Assembly (NCBI GenBank): GCA_964529965.1
Contig: CAZHAD010000001.1
Coordinates: 22,545-86,544, forward strand
DNA from: an uncultured Leptospirales bacterium
Lineage (GTDB): Bacteria; Spirochaetota; UBA4802; UBA5550
Direction of reading: 5' to 3'
Length of the DNA: 64,000 nt
Below, piece after piece: positions 30,876 through 39,871 of this stretch. Within the stretch, counting starts at the first letter, position 1, and each line of letters starts with the position of its first letter. A program made the position numbers and the translations under genes. The notes under the pieces were generated by a model. That model saw only the letters and a program-made list of their open reading frames with translations. It had not been told where the DNA came from and searched no databases.

Positions 30876-31490
30876 ATGAAAACCAATATTGCGGTGCTCA
30901 TCTCTGGTTCAGGCACGAATCTCCAATCCATAATTGACAAAGCCGAGACAAGGTATTTACCGGTGGAAATTAAATGCGTCATATCTGATAAGTATGATGC
31001 CTACGGATTGGAGCGTGCACGAAAGCACGGAATACCCGCTTATTTCGTCGACCCTAAAAAGTATAAAACTCGCCAGGAACATGAAGATTCAGTAATGGCG
31101 ATTTTAGAAAGGCATGAGGTTGAGTTGGTGGTGCTTGCCGGGTACATGCGAATTCTCACAAAGCATATAATTAATCAGTACCGGAATCAGATCATGAACA
31201 TTCATCCTGCGCTTTTACCGAGTTTCCCCGGTACTGACGGTTATGGTGACGCCTGGCGCTTTGGCGTGAAGGTAAGCGGGTGTACGGTTCATTTCGTCGA
31301 TGAGGGTTGCGATACCGGTCCTATCATCATTCAGGAGGTTAATTTCATAAGACCTGATGATACATTTGACAGCTTTAAGGCAAGAGGTCTTGAGATAGAG
31401 CACCGTGTCCTGCCGGAGGCAATAAAGTTATATTGCGAGAAAAGGCTTAAGATTGAAGGATGCAGGGTAAACATATTGAATGGAGGGTAA
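30876..31490 (+). CDS. purN: Phosphoribosylglycinamide formyltransferase. Start placed at the conserved MKTNIAVLISG; the ORF track extends to 30852.
   Basis: ISGSGTNLQSI loop and HPALLPSFPG motif. DEGCDTGPII. Confidence 0.88.
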   Translation: MKTNIAVLISGSGTNLQSIIDKAETRYLPVEIKCVISDKYDAYGLERARKHGIPAYFVDPKKYKTRQEHEDSVMAILERHEVELVVLAGYMRILTKHIINQYRNQIMNIHPALLPSFPGTDGYGDAWRFGVKVSGCTVHFVDEGCDTGPIIIQEVNFIRPDDTFDSFKARGLEIEHRVLPEAIKLYCEKRLKIEGCRVNILNGG

Positions 31491-31493
31491 TGT

Positions 31494-32213
31494 ATGACGA
31501 AGAATTTTGATGTCCTTGCGAACATGGAATATCCGGGTCGAATCATCATTATCGGCTCGTCACCGGAAGGCGATGACGCGGTTATGTACGCAATCACTGG
31601 CCGAAGCCCATCCAGCCAGGCGCGGAGGATCGTAGTTGACGACAAAAGGATGAGGCTGCTGGTGGAACCAACGGATGAGAAAACGTTAAAAACAGGGAAT
31701 CTCGACCTCCTGATATATCCAGCGATAGTTATCGGTTCGGGTATTGCAGTGAGTAACGGGAAACAAACTGCTGATATTCCACAGCAAGTCAATGACGGAG
31801 CAAAACCGAAGGTTATACTTGAAAATGCACTCCGGACATGGGAGTATGAGCCTGATGAGCCCAATTATACACCCCGCATCAGTGGGTTTATTTTCAAAGA
31901 TGCTGCGTTATCAATTATCAGACGTTCGCCCGACGGTTCAGTGGAGCGGATTTATTTTGAAGTACCGAGACAAAATGGTGGCGGCATGCTGATTGCTACA
32001 TATACCGGAGTTAATATCAATCCACTGCCGTCTTTTCAGGATAAGCCGATCGAAGTGGACATACCATATCGTAGTGCTGAGGAGGCTACAGATGCACTGT
32101 ATTCGGCGCTTGGACCAGCATCAGGAATGGCCGATTTCAGGGTTGCTGCCGCTTCAGTATACAGGGACAAAAATGGGATGATTTCTATTTCAATAAAAAA
32201 CAGGCATGAATGA
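31494..32213 (+). CDS. purO: IMP cyclohydrolase, archaeal PurO type
   Basis: YPGRIIIIGSSPEGDDAVMYAITGRSPSS and AIVIGSGIAVSNGKQTADI align with Methanocaldococcus PurO (YLGRILAVGRNSNG...VSSRSFPNR, IVGDTAVVSNGSHTD). RBS GGAGGG. Confidence 0.7.
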   Translation: MTKNFDVLANMEYPGRIIIIGSSPEGDDAVMYAITGRSPSSQARRIVVDDKRMRLLVEPTDEKTLKTGNLDLLIYPAIVIGSGIAVSNGKQTADIPQQVNDGAKPKVILENALRTWEYEPDEPNYTPRISGFIFKDAALSIIRRSPDGSVERIYFEVPRQNGGGMLIATYTGVNINPLPSFQDKPIEVDIPYRSAEEATDALYSALGPASGMADFRVAAASVYRDKNGMISISIKNRHE

Positions 32214-32357
32214 GATAATAATTAAAATTGTTTTTTTATCGAAGAAAATCGTCGCTGATCATAAAAAAAAATTAATATGATATATAATTTTTTTTAACTT
32301 TAAGCCTTATCCGTTCGTATAACTATTAACGATTTCATAAAAACGGAGGGCGTAAAG

Positions 32358-32786
32358 ATGGAAACAACATTGTATATTCGTATGGATATTTTGAAGAAGA
32401 TCCAATGTGCGGCTCAATTAAAGAATATATCCTGTTCCAAAATGATAGCCATTCTTCTTAGACAAGTCATGGGCAGTATACAGAATCCATGGCCTGTCGG
32501 CATATTGGTCCGGTATCAACAACGACGCAAGCCTGAGGAATGGTATACCCTCCACGTGCAATTGATTGAGGATGATTATGAGTTTGTGCAGGATATGAGA
32601 AGACTTTTAAAGTTGTCGGTCTCTTTGATGTTAGCGATTGCGGCGAAGAAATATTTAACAAAGTTAATTAAAGGGAAAGTTATCGATAACTATCCTTTTT
32701 TAAAAAATTATTTTGTGGGGAAAGAGGCAATTGACAATATTATGTACTGGAGATTCACTTGGTGTTATCCTGCGAATGCAACGTAA
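32358..32786 (+). CDS. Hypothetical protein with an N-terminal ribbon-helix-helix-like segment, inside an AT-rich island
   Basis: TTLYIRMDILKKIQCAAQLKNISCSKMIAILL fits a beta-strand/helix/helix CopG-like pattern. The gene and its flanks (32214-32969) are about 30-35% GC, against about 55% for neighbours. Confidence 0.4.
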   Translation: METTLYIRMDILKKIQCAAQLKNISCSKMIAILLRQVMGSIQNPWPVGILVRYQQRRKPEEWYTLHVQLIEDDYEFVQDMRRLLKLSVSLMLAIAAKKYLTKLIKGKVIDNYPFLKNYFVGKEAIDNIMYWRFTWCYPANAT

Positions 32787-32969
32787 GTAACTTTCAAGTG
32801 AACACAACAGTGAATCGAACGATTTGAGTACAAAAAAACGTTTAATCATATATTAAAGTTTTTTTTCAACAAATTCATAATGATATGAAATATTATTTAT
32901 ATATTCGATTATTACTTTTTTTTTATATAAAATTATATCAACAAACATGAAGTATTAAGGAGTATTTCA

Positions 32970-34124
32970 ATGGCAACAGATGTATCTTCATTCAAAGATG
33001 CTTATAAAAAGGCAATTAAGAGTGATTTTCCAGATGAAGCAATGATAGTTATCGGTGAAAAAAAATTTCCCCTCAAAAAGGTGCCTTATGCGTTAAGATA
33101 TGGGACAAACCCACACCAACCATTTATAGCATACGCACCGACGGGGCATATGAATCTTTCGATCGGGAATATGGAGATGTTGAAGGGAGGCAAGGAGGGA
33201 TTGTCTCTCACAAATTTACAGGATATGAGCCAGGCGCTAAACATACTCAAATATTTCGATAGGCCATGTTGCGCTATAATGAAGCATGTAAACCCGTGCG
33301 GATTCAAGGTCAGGACAGATGATGAACAGCTTGATGAAATATATCGGATCGCACGGAAATGCGATGAGCGGAGTGCCTTTGGTTCAATAGTGGGTTTCAA
33401 TGTGAAAGTAGACGGCTCAACCGCTGATTCAATAATGGAGATGTTCGTTGAGGGTGTGATCGCACCGAATTATGATGATGATGCCCTTGAGGTGTTAAGG
33501 AAAAATGAAGGAACCAAAAAGCTGAATAACTCAATAAGGGTGGCAAAGATTTCGCACATGAGTCAGATCCCAAAGTTCATAGGAGATGGTGTCTCGGGAT
33601 ACTATAATTTAAGAAATCTGGCAGATGGCTCTCTTACGGTCGAGGTTCCCTACCTTACCCGCATCAGGTCGGTAAATGATTTTATTACTGATCCAATGAT
33701 TAAGAATTCAGACCCCGGAAAGAATAGTGGAAATGATTATACCATAAATCGCAGGCCCTCCGAGAAAGAGCTTTATGACTGCCTTATTGCATGGTATGTA
33801 AACATAAATGTCAGATCGAATGGGATTGTGTTTGTGAAGGACGGAGCGACAATAGCCGTGGGAACGGGAGAGCAGGAGAGAATCGGGGCGGTGGAACAGG
33901 CCATTGACAAGGCCAAGAAGAAAGGCCACAACTTGAAGGGGGCGGTAATGTCATCTGATGCGTTCTTCCCGCAACGCGATAGCATCGATGCGGTTGCAGC
34001 GGAAGGTGTCACCGCAGTAGTGTGGCCTGCCGGTTCCATGAACGACGCCCTTGTGATAGAAGCGGCAAATGAGCACAACATTGCGCTCATCGCCACACTG
34101 GAGCGGTGCTTTTTGCATATCTAA
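32970..34124 (+). CDS. purH: AICAR transformylase (PurH AICARFT domain only; no IMP cyclohydrolase domain)
   Basis: LRYGTNPHQ motif about 45 residues from the N-terminus (it sits near residue 250 in bifunctional PurH). AICARFT body of 384 aa. RBS AAGGAG. Confidence 0.8.
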   Translation: MATDVSSFKDAYKKAIKSDFPDEAMIVIGEKKFPLKKVPYALRYGTNPHQPFIAYAPTGHMNLSIGNMEMLKGGKEGLSLTNLQDMSQALNILKYFDRPCCAIMKHVNPCGFKVRTDDEQLDEIYRIARKCDERSAFGSIVGFNVKVDGSTADSIMEMFVEGVIAPNYDDDALEVLRKNEGTKKLNNSIRVAKISHMSQIPKFIGDGVSGYYNLRNLADGSLTVEVPYLTRIRSVNDFITDPMIKNSDPGKNSGNDYTINRRPSEKELYDCLIAWYVNINVRSNGIVFVKDGATIAVGTGEQERIGAVEQAIDKAKKKGHNLKGAVMSSDAFFPQRDSIDAVAAEGVTAVVWPAGSMNDALVIEAANEHNIALIATLERCFLHI

Positions 34125-34326
34125 TTATGAGGATTTTTAACCCAGTAAAGCATAATTTTTGTTCGAAGAAATGTTTCGGAAGAGTCTTATTTTCCCTTCG
34201 TCATCGTCTGGACTGATGCCATGATAAGCATACGGCCGGCGTTATGTATCGCAAAATGTTTTGTCGGAGCTCCGCTTCGACCATTCCCGGAGTTCGGGAT
34301 GGGGTTTTTGTGCGCAGCGATAAATA

Positions 34327-35163
34327 TTAAAGAGATTTATTGAGCTTCTTAAACTCTTCCTCTTTCATGGAGAAGCTCTCTTGTATTGAGGGGAATGTCC
34401 CACTTCTTACCTCTTCTGCATATCGCCTCAACCCAGCAAGTGCGTGTTCGAACAAATCCTCGTAAATTTTAACAAACCTCGGCTTATACCTTTTAAAAAG
34501 ACCCAGCATGTCGTTGAGTACCAGGACCTGCCCGTCGCAGAAGGCTCCGGCGCCGATGCCGATGGTGGGTATTGAGAGTGTTTCACTGATGATTTTGGCT
34601 ATTTGCCACGGCACACACTCGAGAACCAGGCTGAAGCATCCAGTATCTTCAAGAGATTGTGCCTGCTGGATGAGCTGACGGGCACCGTCCAGATCTTTTC
34701 CCTGAACAATGGTATCGCCTAGCTTATCCGCGGTCTGAGGGGTAAATCCTATGTGACCCATTACCGGGATATTGTCGCGGACGATCTGCGCGGTCACATC
34801 TAGGGCCCGGTCGAACCATTCCAGCTTAACCGCCTGGCATCCCGCTTCGTTGATGAACCTGCGGGCACATTCAACGGCATCATCAGGGTTGGTCTGATAT
34901 GCGCAATAAGGCATATCACCGATTACCATCGCGTGTTCGGAGCCTTTAACGACCGCCTTGCTATGGTTTATCATCTCATCAAGGCTTATTTCGGTGGTGG
35001 AAGCCATGCCGAGCACGACATTGGCCATCGAATCGCCCACCAGTATAATATCAACACCTGCAGCATCGACAATATGGGAGAAAGAGTAATCATATGCGGT
35101 CAGCATGACGATTTTTTCTTTTTTTTCCTTTTTCTTCAAAATCTCAGTTACGGTGATTCTCAT
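34327..35163 (-). CDS. panB: 3-methyl-2-oxobutanoate hydroxymethyltransferase
   Basis: KIVMLTAYDY..A...D..GVD.ILVGDSMA.V.LG. Confidence 0.9.
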   Translation of the reverse strand: MRITVTEILKKKEKKEKIVMLTAYDYSFSHIVDAAGVDIILVGDSMANVVLGMASTTEISLDEMINHSKAVVKGSEHAMVIGDMPYCAYQTNPDDAVECARRFINEAGCQAVKLEWFDRALDVTAQIVRDNIPVMGHIGFTPQTADKLGDTIVQGKDLDGARQLIQQAQSLEDTGCFSLVLECVPWQIAKIISETLSIPTIGIGAGAFCDGQVLVLNDMLGLFKRYKPRFVKIYEDLFEHALAGLRRYAEEVRSGTFPSIQESFSMKEEEFKKLNKSL

Positions 35164-35340
35164 GGCAGCCTCGATTTTTTAGATTTTACGTATTCCTCGC
35201 GTATTAGATCTCGTCACACGCTGTCCGTCAATCCCTTTTCAATGCGATTGAATAGCCATTACAAGCCTCCCGTTTTCTGATAAAAATTAATGAATTGACT
35301 TCAGTAAGCGGATTGAATATAAAATATTAACCGGTTTTTC

Positions 35341-36564
35341 ATGAATTGTCATAAAACGGTGGAGTTATTTGGTATGGATCAGAAGGTGATTGAATCCCTT
35401 ATCGAAGACATCAAACGGTTCTTTTCCTTTGCAGGTGAGATAAACAAGGCAATCTCCAAAAGGGCTACGCGTGTGAGCAAGGTATATGAATTCATCACCC
35501 TCTCCTTTGAGCTGGGTGAAAAGGGTGCAAGGAACAGTGAATTGGCGCTACATGAGACCCAATCTCTCAGCGGCCGGTTCTCAGAGGTGTACGATGCCTG
35601 TTCGCTCATGAATATTAACATCAACCAGCAGATGGAGATCATAAATAACCTGCGGACCCTTGAACTGATCGATCAAAAGATCGAGAAAAAGCTTACATAT
35701 AAAATCCTCTTGTTATCGGAGTCGATGCAAAAAGCCCTTTCCTTCATACGGCTGATTCTTGAAAGAAACAATGAAATGATCCTACTGGATAACCAGCTGA
35801 TTAACCGTCGGAAGCAGTTGACCGGCTTGGTGAAGGAATTTTCGTCCCTTTTGACGGACATAATCAAGTTACTCGATTCGGATCTAAGAGAATACGAAAA
35901 CAGTACGAGACCGATGTATGAACTCGAAGAATTTCTTCTCAAGGCAGCCGGAATAATTGAGATTGCGGATCAGGAGGGGATGGGAGGGCTTTTGGACGAT
36001 GTTAGAAACGAGCTCAGGGATGAAGAAATATTATTTTCAAATTTGTCCTCACGCATGGATATCGCGGACGACGTCCACACGAAAGCAAATGAGCTGTATC
36101 ATGATATCTGTTCAATTAAAAACCTGGTGGAAGTGAAAGACGAACATTACCGCAGCAACCTTGAAGATATGGCCCAGCTTTCGGTAATCCTTTCCATGGA
36201 GATATTCGATTATGTGAAAATGAGGGAGATACTTGATCCAGGCCTGCAAAGATCCTCAATAACAGAGGATTCACGTCGTCTTTTCTATGATCTGGATGTT
36301 CTTTTTGACATTGCTTCACACACAATTGAAAGCCTTAATAAAATGGATCGTGATATTATAAAAATATTCGATGATAATGTCAATCAGGAGGAGCAATTGA
36401 TCGAGCTGTCGAAGATGGATATGCGCTGTTACGATAATATCAGAAATGAGATAGATGGAGTAATGAATATTATTCACTTCATCGCCGAGGGGAGCGGGAA
36501 GAATGTCGTGATCGGCCAGATTCTAGAAAAAAATCTGAATAAGCTTATCAATGTTATAACTTGA
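35341..36564 (+). CDS. Hypothetical helical protein directly upstream of the flagellin genes
   Basis: 407 aa, predicted all-alpha with coiled-coil stretches. No recognisable motif. Confidence 0.45.
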   Translation: MNCHKTVELFGMDQKVIESLIEDIKRFFSFAGEINKAISKRATRVSKVYEFITLSFELGEKGARNSELALHETQSLSGRFSEVYDACSLMNININQQMEIINNLRTLELIDQKIEKKLTYKILLLSESMQKALSFIRLILERNNEMILLDNQLINRRKQLTGLVKEFSSLLTDIIKLLDSDLREYENSTRPMYELEEFLLKAAGIIEIADQEGMGGLLDDVRNELRDEEILFSNLSSRMDIADDVHTKANELYHDICSIKNLVEVKDEHYRSNLEDMAQLSVILSMEIFDYVKMREILDPGLQRSSITEDSRRLFYDLDVLFDIASHTIESLNKMDRDIIKIFDDNVNQEEQLIELSKMDMRCYDNIRNEIDGVMNIIHFIAEGSGKNVVIGQILEKNLNKLINVIT

Positions 36565-37066
36565 TAAAATTTTAATATGATTCATTTATCCATTGCGGAT
36601 GCTAAAATATAGGCGTATATTGTACAAATATAGATAAATATATAGTTTCGTAGTGTTTAATTGCGAACCCTTGTAATTGTGAAAAAAAAATGTTTTTTTT
36701 TATAAAAAAATAACCTATAAGATAAATTCTGTTAAATTTATCTTATATTTTATCATAATCAAATATAACCTCCCCTAATTTAAAATAATCACCCTAAATA
36801 TCTCGACCAAAGGTGGCGAAAATTCGAACAGGGATAAAAGTCCCTCTTTACTCTCAGAGATCTTTGAAAACATATATCAAATGGGATGGCTATTCTTGTG
36901 AGAGGGGTTTTCTAGTCTTGTGTGAGCCCAGATACAAGCCTGGAATAACACCTATCCCGGCTGTTGCATATGGCATCAGCCCTAACTGGTTGAAATCATT
37001 CGATTCCGTCCGCCCGCGGAATCTGGATGGCAGGGAAGCCAGAAACTTTTCACAAAGGAGTGTAAA

Positions 37067-37918
37067 ATGATAATCAATCACAACATCATGGCCATTGATG
37101 CAAATCGAAACCTCAAGTTCAAGGAATGGGACCTCCAGTCCAGCATGGAGAAGCTGTCTTCAGGCCTTAGGATCAACAAGGCCGGCGACGATGCATCCGG
37201 ACTGGCGGTATCTGAAAAGATGAGAACCCAGATCCAGGGACTCAGGCAGGCCGAGCGGAATACTGAAGACGGCATGTCCTTTGTTCAGACCGCAGAGGGG
37301 TATATGAGTCAAACCTCTTCGATCATCCAGAGGATCCGGGTTCTTTCGGTACAGGCTGCAAACGGTATTTACTCAAATCAAGACCGGCAGCTTATACAGG
37401 TGGAGGTCTCTTCACTCGTCGACGAGGTTGACAGGATCGCATCACAGGCAGAGTTTAACAGATTCAAAATATTGACCGGCGCGTATGCCAAGACCAATCC
37501 CAAGGCGAGCATGTGGTTCCAGGTCGGGCCGAATAAAGACCAACGCGTGCGGGTGTATATCGGCACCATGACTGCACAGGCATTCAAGTTCAAGAGTGCC
37601 CCCGGCAAAGTCTCAGTGTCCCTCTCCGCACCGGGCGGCGCCAATGACGCAATTGGGATTATGGATGCTGCACTGCAGAGGCTTGCCAAACAGCGGGCCG
37701 ACCTCGGCGCCTATTACAACAGGCTCGAGTTCACCGCAAAAGGGCTCATGAACGCCTATGAAAACACACAGGCTTCGGAGTCGAGGATTCGGGACGCTGA
37801 CATGGCGGAGGAAATGGTTAAGTTTTCAAAAGATCAAATCCTCGTGCATACCAGTTCGGCCATGCTTGCGCAGGCCAATATTATTGGTCAGTCTGTATTA
37901 AAGCTGCTCGGTGCGTAA
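37067..37918 (+). CDS. flaB: Flagellar filament core protein (FlaB-type flagellin), copy 1
   Basis: [10 protein letters not shown]... [31 protein letters not shown]-terminal [32 protein letters not shown]. 283 aa. Confidence 0.9.
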   Translation: MIINHNIMAIDANRNLKFKEWDLQSSMEKLSSGLRINKAGDDASGLAVSEKMRTQIQGLRQAERNTEDGMSFVQTAEGYMSQTSSIIQRIRVLSVQAANGIYSNQDRQLIQVEVSSLVDEVDRIASQAEFNRFKILTGAYAKTNPKASMWFQVGPNKDQRVRVYIGTMTAQAFKFKSAPGKVSVSLSAPGGANDAIGIMDAALQRLAKQRADLGAYYNRLEFTAKGLMNAYENTQASESRIRDADMAEEMVKFSKDQILVHTSSAMLAQANIIGQSVLKLLGA

Positions 37919-38015
37919 AACCACCGGTCAGTATCTCGAGAGTAAAGAAAAGTTCTTTGAAAATTCAGCACGATTCTCATCCCTCCGTGCGTCACGATTG
38001 TCCTGCGCCAGGCTG

Positions 38016-38060
38016 CTCCGGCAGCTTGTAATGCGGGGAGGGCATCACCGGCTGCCGGAG
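38016..38060 (+). promoter_or_regulatory. Perfect 10-bp inverted repeat hairpin in the flaB1-flaB2 intergenic region
   Basis: CTCCGGCAGC-N25-GCTGCCGGAG with no following T-run. Confidence 0.35.
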
Positions 38061-38229
38061 ATTCCGGTGCCGGTGCTGCCATGATTATGGGCAGTCGTGG
38101 CTGCACTAAAAGGAGGCAACCTTCGAACTGTCGGGTGCAGTTCCGGACGCGCCATGAAGGCGCGGCTGAAAATCCTGAGCCGCATACAGAAAGGAGGAGC
38201 GGGTCAGATCAACGCTAGGGAGGGAACAC

Positions 38230-39075
38230 ATGAGAATCAATCACAACATGAGTGCCGTATTCGCGAGCAGGCAGTTGAATGAGATTGGGAGCCGGATGGA
38301 TAAATCCCTGGAGAGGCTTGCATCCGGTGAGCAAATCATCCGCGCCGGTGACGATGCCTCCGGACTGGCCGTATCGGAAAAGATGCGGACACAGATCGGA
38401 GGCTTGATGCAGGCGGAAAAGAACGCTCAGAACGGGCTTTCTTTCATCCAGGTAGCCGAAGGCTCATACCAGCAACTTTCAAGTATCCTGCAGCGGATCA
38501 GGGTTTTAGCGGTCCAGTCGGCGAATGGAATTTATTCCGCAGGAGACCGGGTCCAGATTCAGGCTGAGGTCTCTCAGCTGATCGATGAGGTCGACCGTAT
38601 CGGAAATTCTGCGGAATTCAACAGGATGAAGATGCTTCGGGGCAATTTTGCCAGGAAGAGCAAAACCGGAAGCATGTTTTTTCATGTTGGCGCCAACCAA
38701 AATGAGCGCATTCAGGTTTATATCGCAACAGTCAGCTCAAAGGCCTTCAACCTGGTAAATGGGGCTAATAAGAGGCGGACTATCTCCACTGTTGCGGGTG
38801 CAAACGCGATGATAGGGTATGTCGATACGGCCCTTGACCGGCTGAATCGACAACGGGCGGACCTAGGCGCGTATTACAACAGGATGGAGAATACGATACG
38901 GGCCATCACGCAGACGTATGAGAATTTGATGGCCGCCGATTCCCGGATCAGAGACGTGGATATGGCTGCTGAGATTGTTGAATTCGCAAAGGACCAGATC
39001 CTCTTTCAGACGAGCGCGGCAATGCTGGCTCAGGCGAATATCAAGCCGAAGTATTTGCTGAAGCTTTTTGATTGA
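38230..39075 (+). CDS. flaB: Flagellar filament core protein (FlaB-type flagellin), copy 2
   Basis: MRINHNMSAV... [22 protein letters not shown]-terminal [17 protein letters not shown]. Paralogue of the upstream gene. Confidence 0.9.
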   Translation: MRINHNMSAVFASRQLNEIGSRMDKSLERLASGEQIIRAGDDASGLAVSEKMRTQIGGLMQAEKNAQNGLSFIQVAEGSYQQLSSILQRIRVLAVQSANGIYSAGDRVQIQAEVSQLIDEVDRIGNSAEFNRMKMLRGNFARKSKTGSMFFHVGANQNERIQVYIATVSSKAFNLVNGANKRRTISTVAGANAMIGYVDTALDRLNRQRADLGAYYNRMENTIRAITQTYENLMAADSRIRDVDMAAEIVEFAKDQILFQTSAAMLAQANIKPKYLLKLFD

Positions 39076-39121
39076 GAATCGCCTTTTTTACGGGGCGCCC
39101 TTGCAGTGCGGACCGCCTCGT

Positions 39122-39178
39122 CCCTTCCCGGCAGGTGAACAGACACAAAGCATCCGGCCGGGGAGGGGCTGTCTTTTT
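39122..39178 (+). terminator. Intrinsic terminator after flaB2
   Basis: 11-bp stem CCCTTCCCGGC / GCCGGGGAGGGG (one G-U wobble), 24-nt loop, then CTGTCTTTTT. Confidence 0.5.
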
Positions 39179-39221
39179 AAAGGGAGGTAGAGAGATTTAA
39201 TCGAAATAACATGGAGGTTAC

Positions 39222-39578
39222 ATGATGAATATCAAAGGAGTAAATTTTGATCCGGCCGATACTGTCAGCCGTTATTACAAAAGGCCCGATGCCGTCGGGG
39301 CCGATCAAAGGAGCCCGGCGCAGCTTCAGGCCCAGAATGTTCCTCATGAATACGGGAAGGAGGAAATGTCCGATTTAATTGAAAAATTAAACAAGGGGGT
39401 GCAGGAAATTCATGAGCGGCTTTCATTTTCGTTTCATGAAAAAACCAAGAGGATAATTGTTAAAATAATAAATTCGGATACGAACGAGGTGATCCGTGAA
39501 ATACCGCCCAAAGATGCCATAAAGCTCCTTGAGCATATTCAGGATTTTCTTGGTTTGTTGGTTGACGAGTCCCGGTAG
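39222..39578 (+). CDS. flaG: Flagellar protein FlaG
   Basis: FlaG-family C-terminal pattern RLSFSFHEKTKRIIVKIINSDTNEVIREIPP. RBS GGAGG. Confidence 0.8.
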   Translation: MMNIKGVNFDPADTVSRYYKRPDAVGADQRSPAQLQAQNVPHEYGKEEMSDLIEKLNKGVQEIHERLSFSFHEKTKRIIVKIINSDTNEVIREIPPKDAIKLLEHIQDFLGLLVDESR

Positions 39579-39871
39579 TTTTCTTCCAGGACAATAAGCG
39601 CTCAGCGTGCCATTTTTTATGGAGAGGGATACTATGCCCTCAGCGATATGTTATACTCTTATAAAAAATTCCCGCCCATTTGAAATTATTTCAGAGTTGA
39701 TTCCTTGAAATTTTTTATCTCCTGCATAAAGAAAAGGGTGTATAACAGTCTTATATTTTTAAAAATATTTCAAATTACCCTAATAAAATTTCAAGATTAT
39801 GTCGATTAATATGATCAGGGATGATTATATAATTCTTCATTGATCCTCATGATGCAAGGGAGGGCATGGGC

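Noticed and set aside
36565-37066. Possible sigma-54 (-24/-12) or sigma-28 promoter upstream of flaB1 (TGGCAG..GCCAG, TGGCATCAGCC)
   Set aside because: Neither candidate matches both consensus blocks (no TTGC -12 element and no GCCGATAA -10), so it is left unannotated.
36813-37070. 85-aa plus-strand ORF ending at the flaB1 start
   Set aside because: It lies in the flaB1 leader/promoter region, has no RBS or family resemblance, and overlaps the flaB1 start codon.
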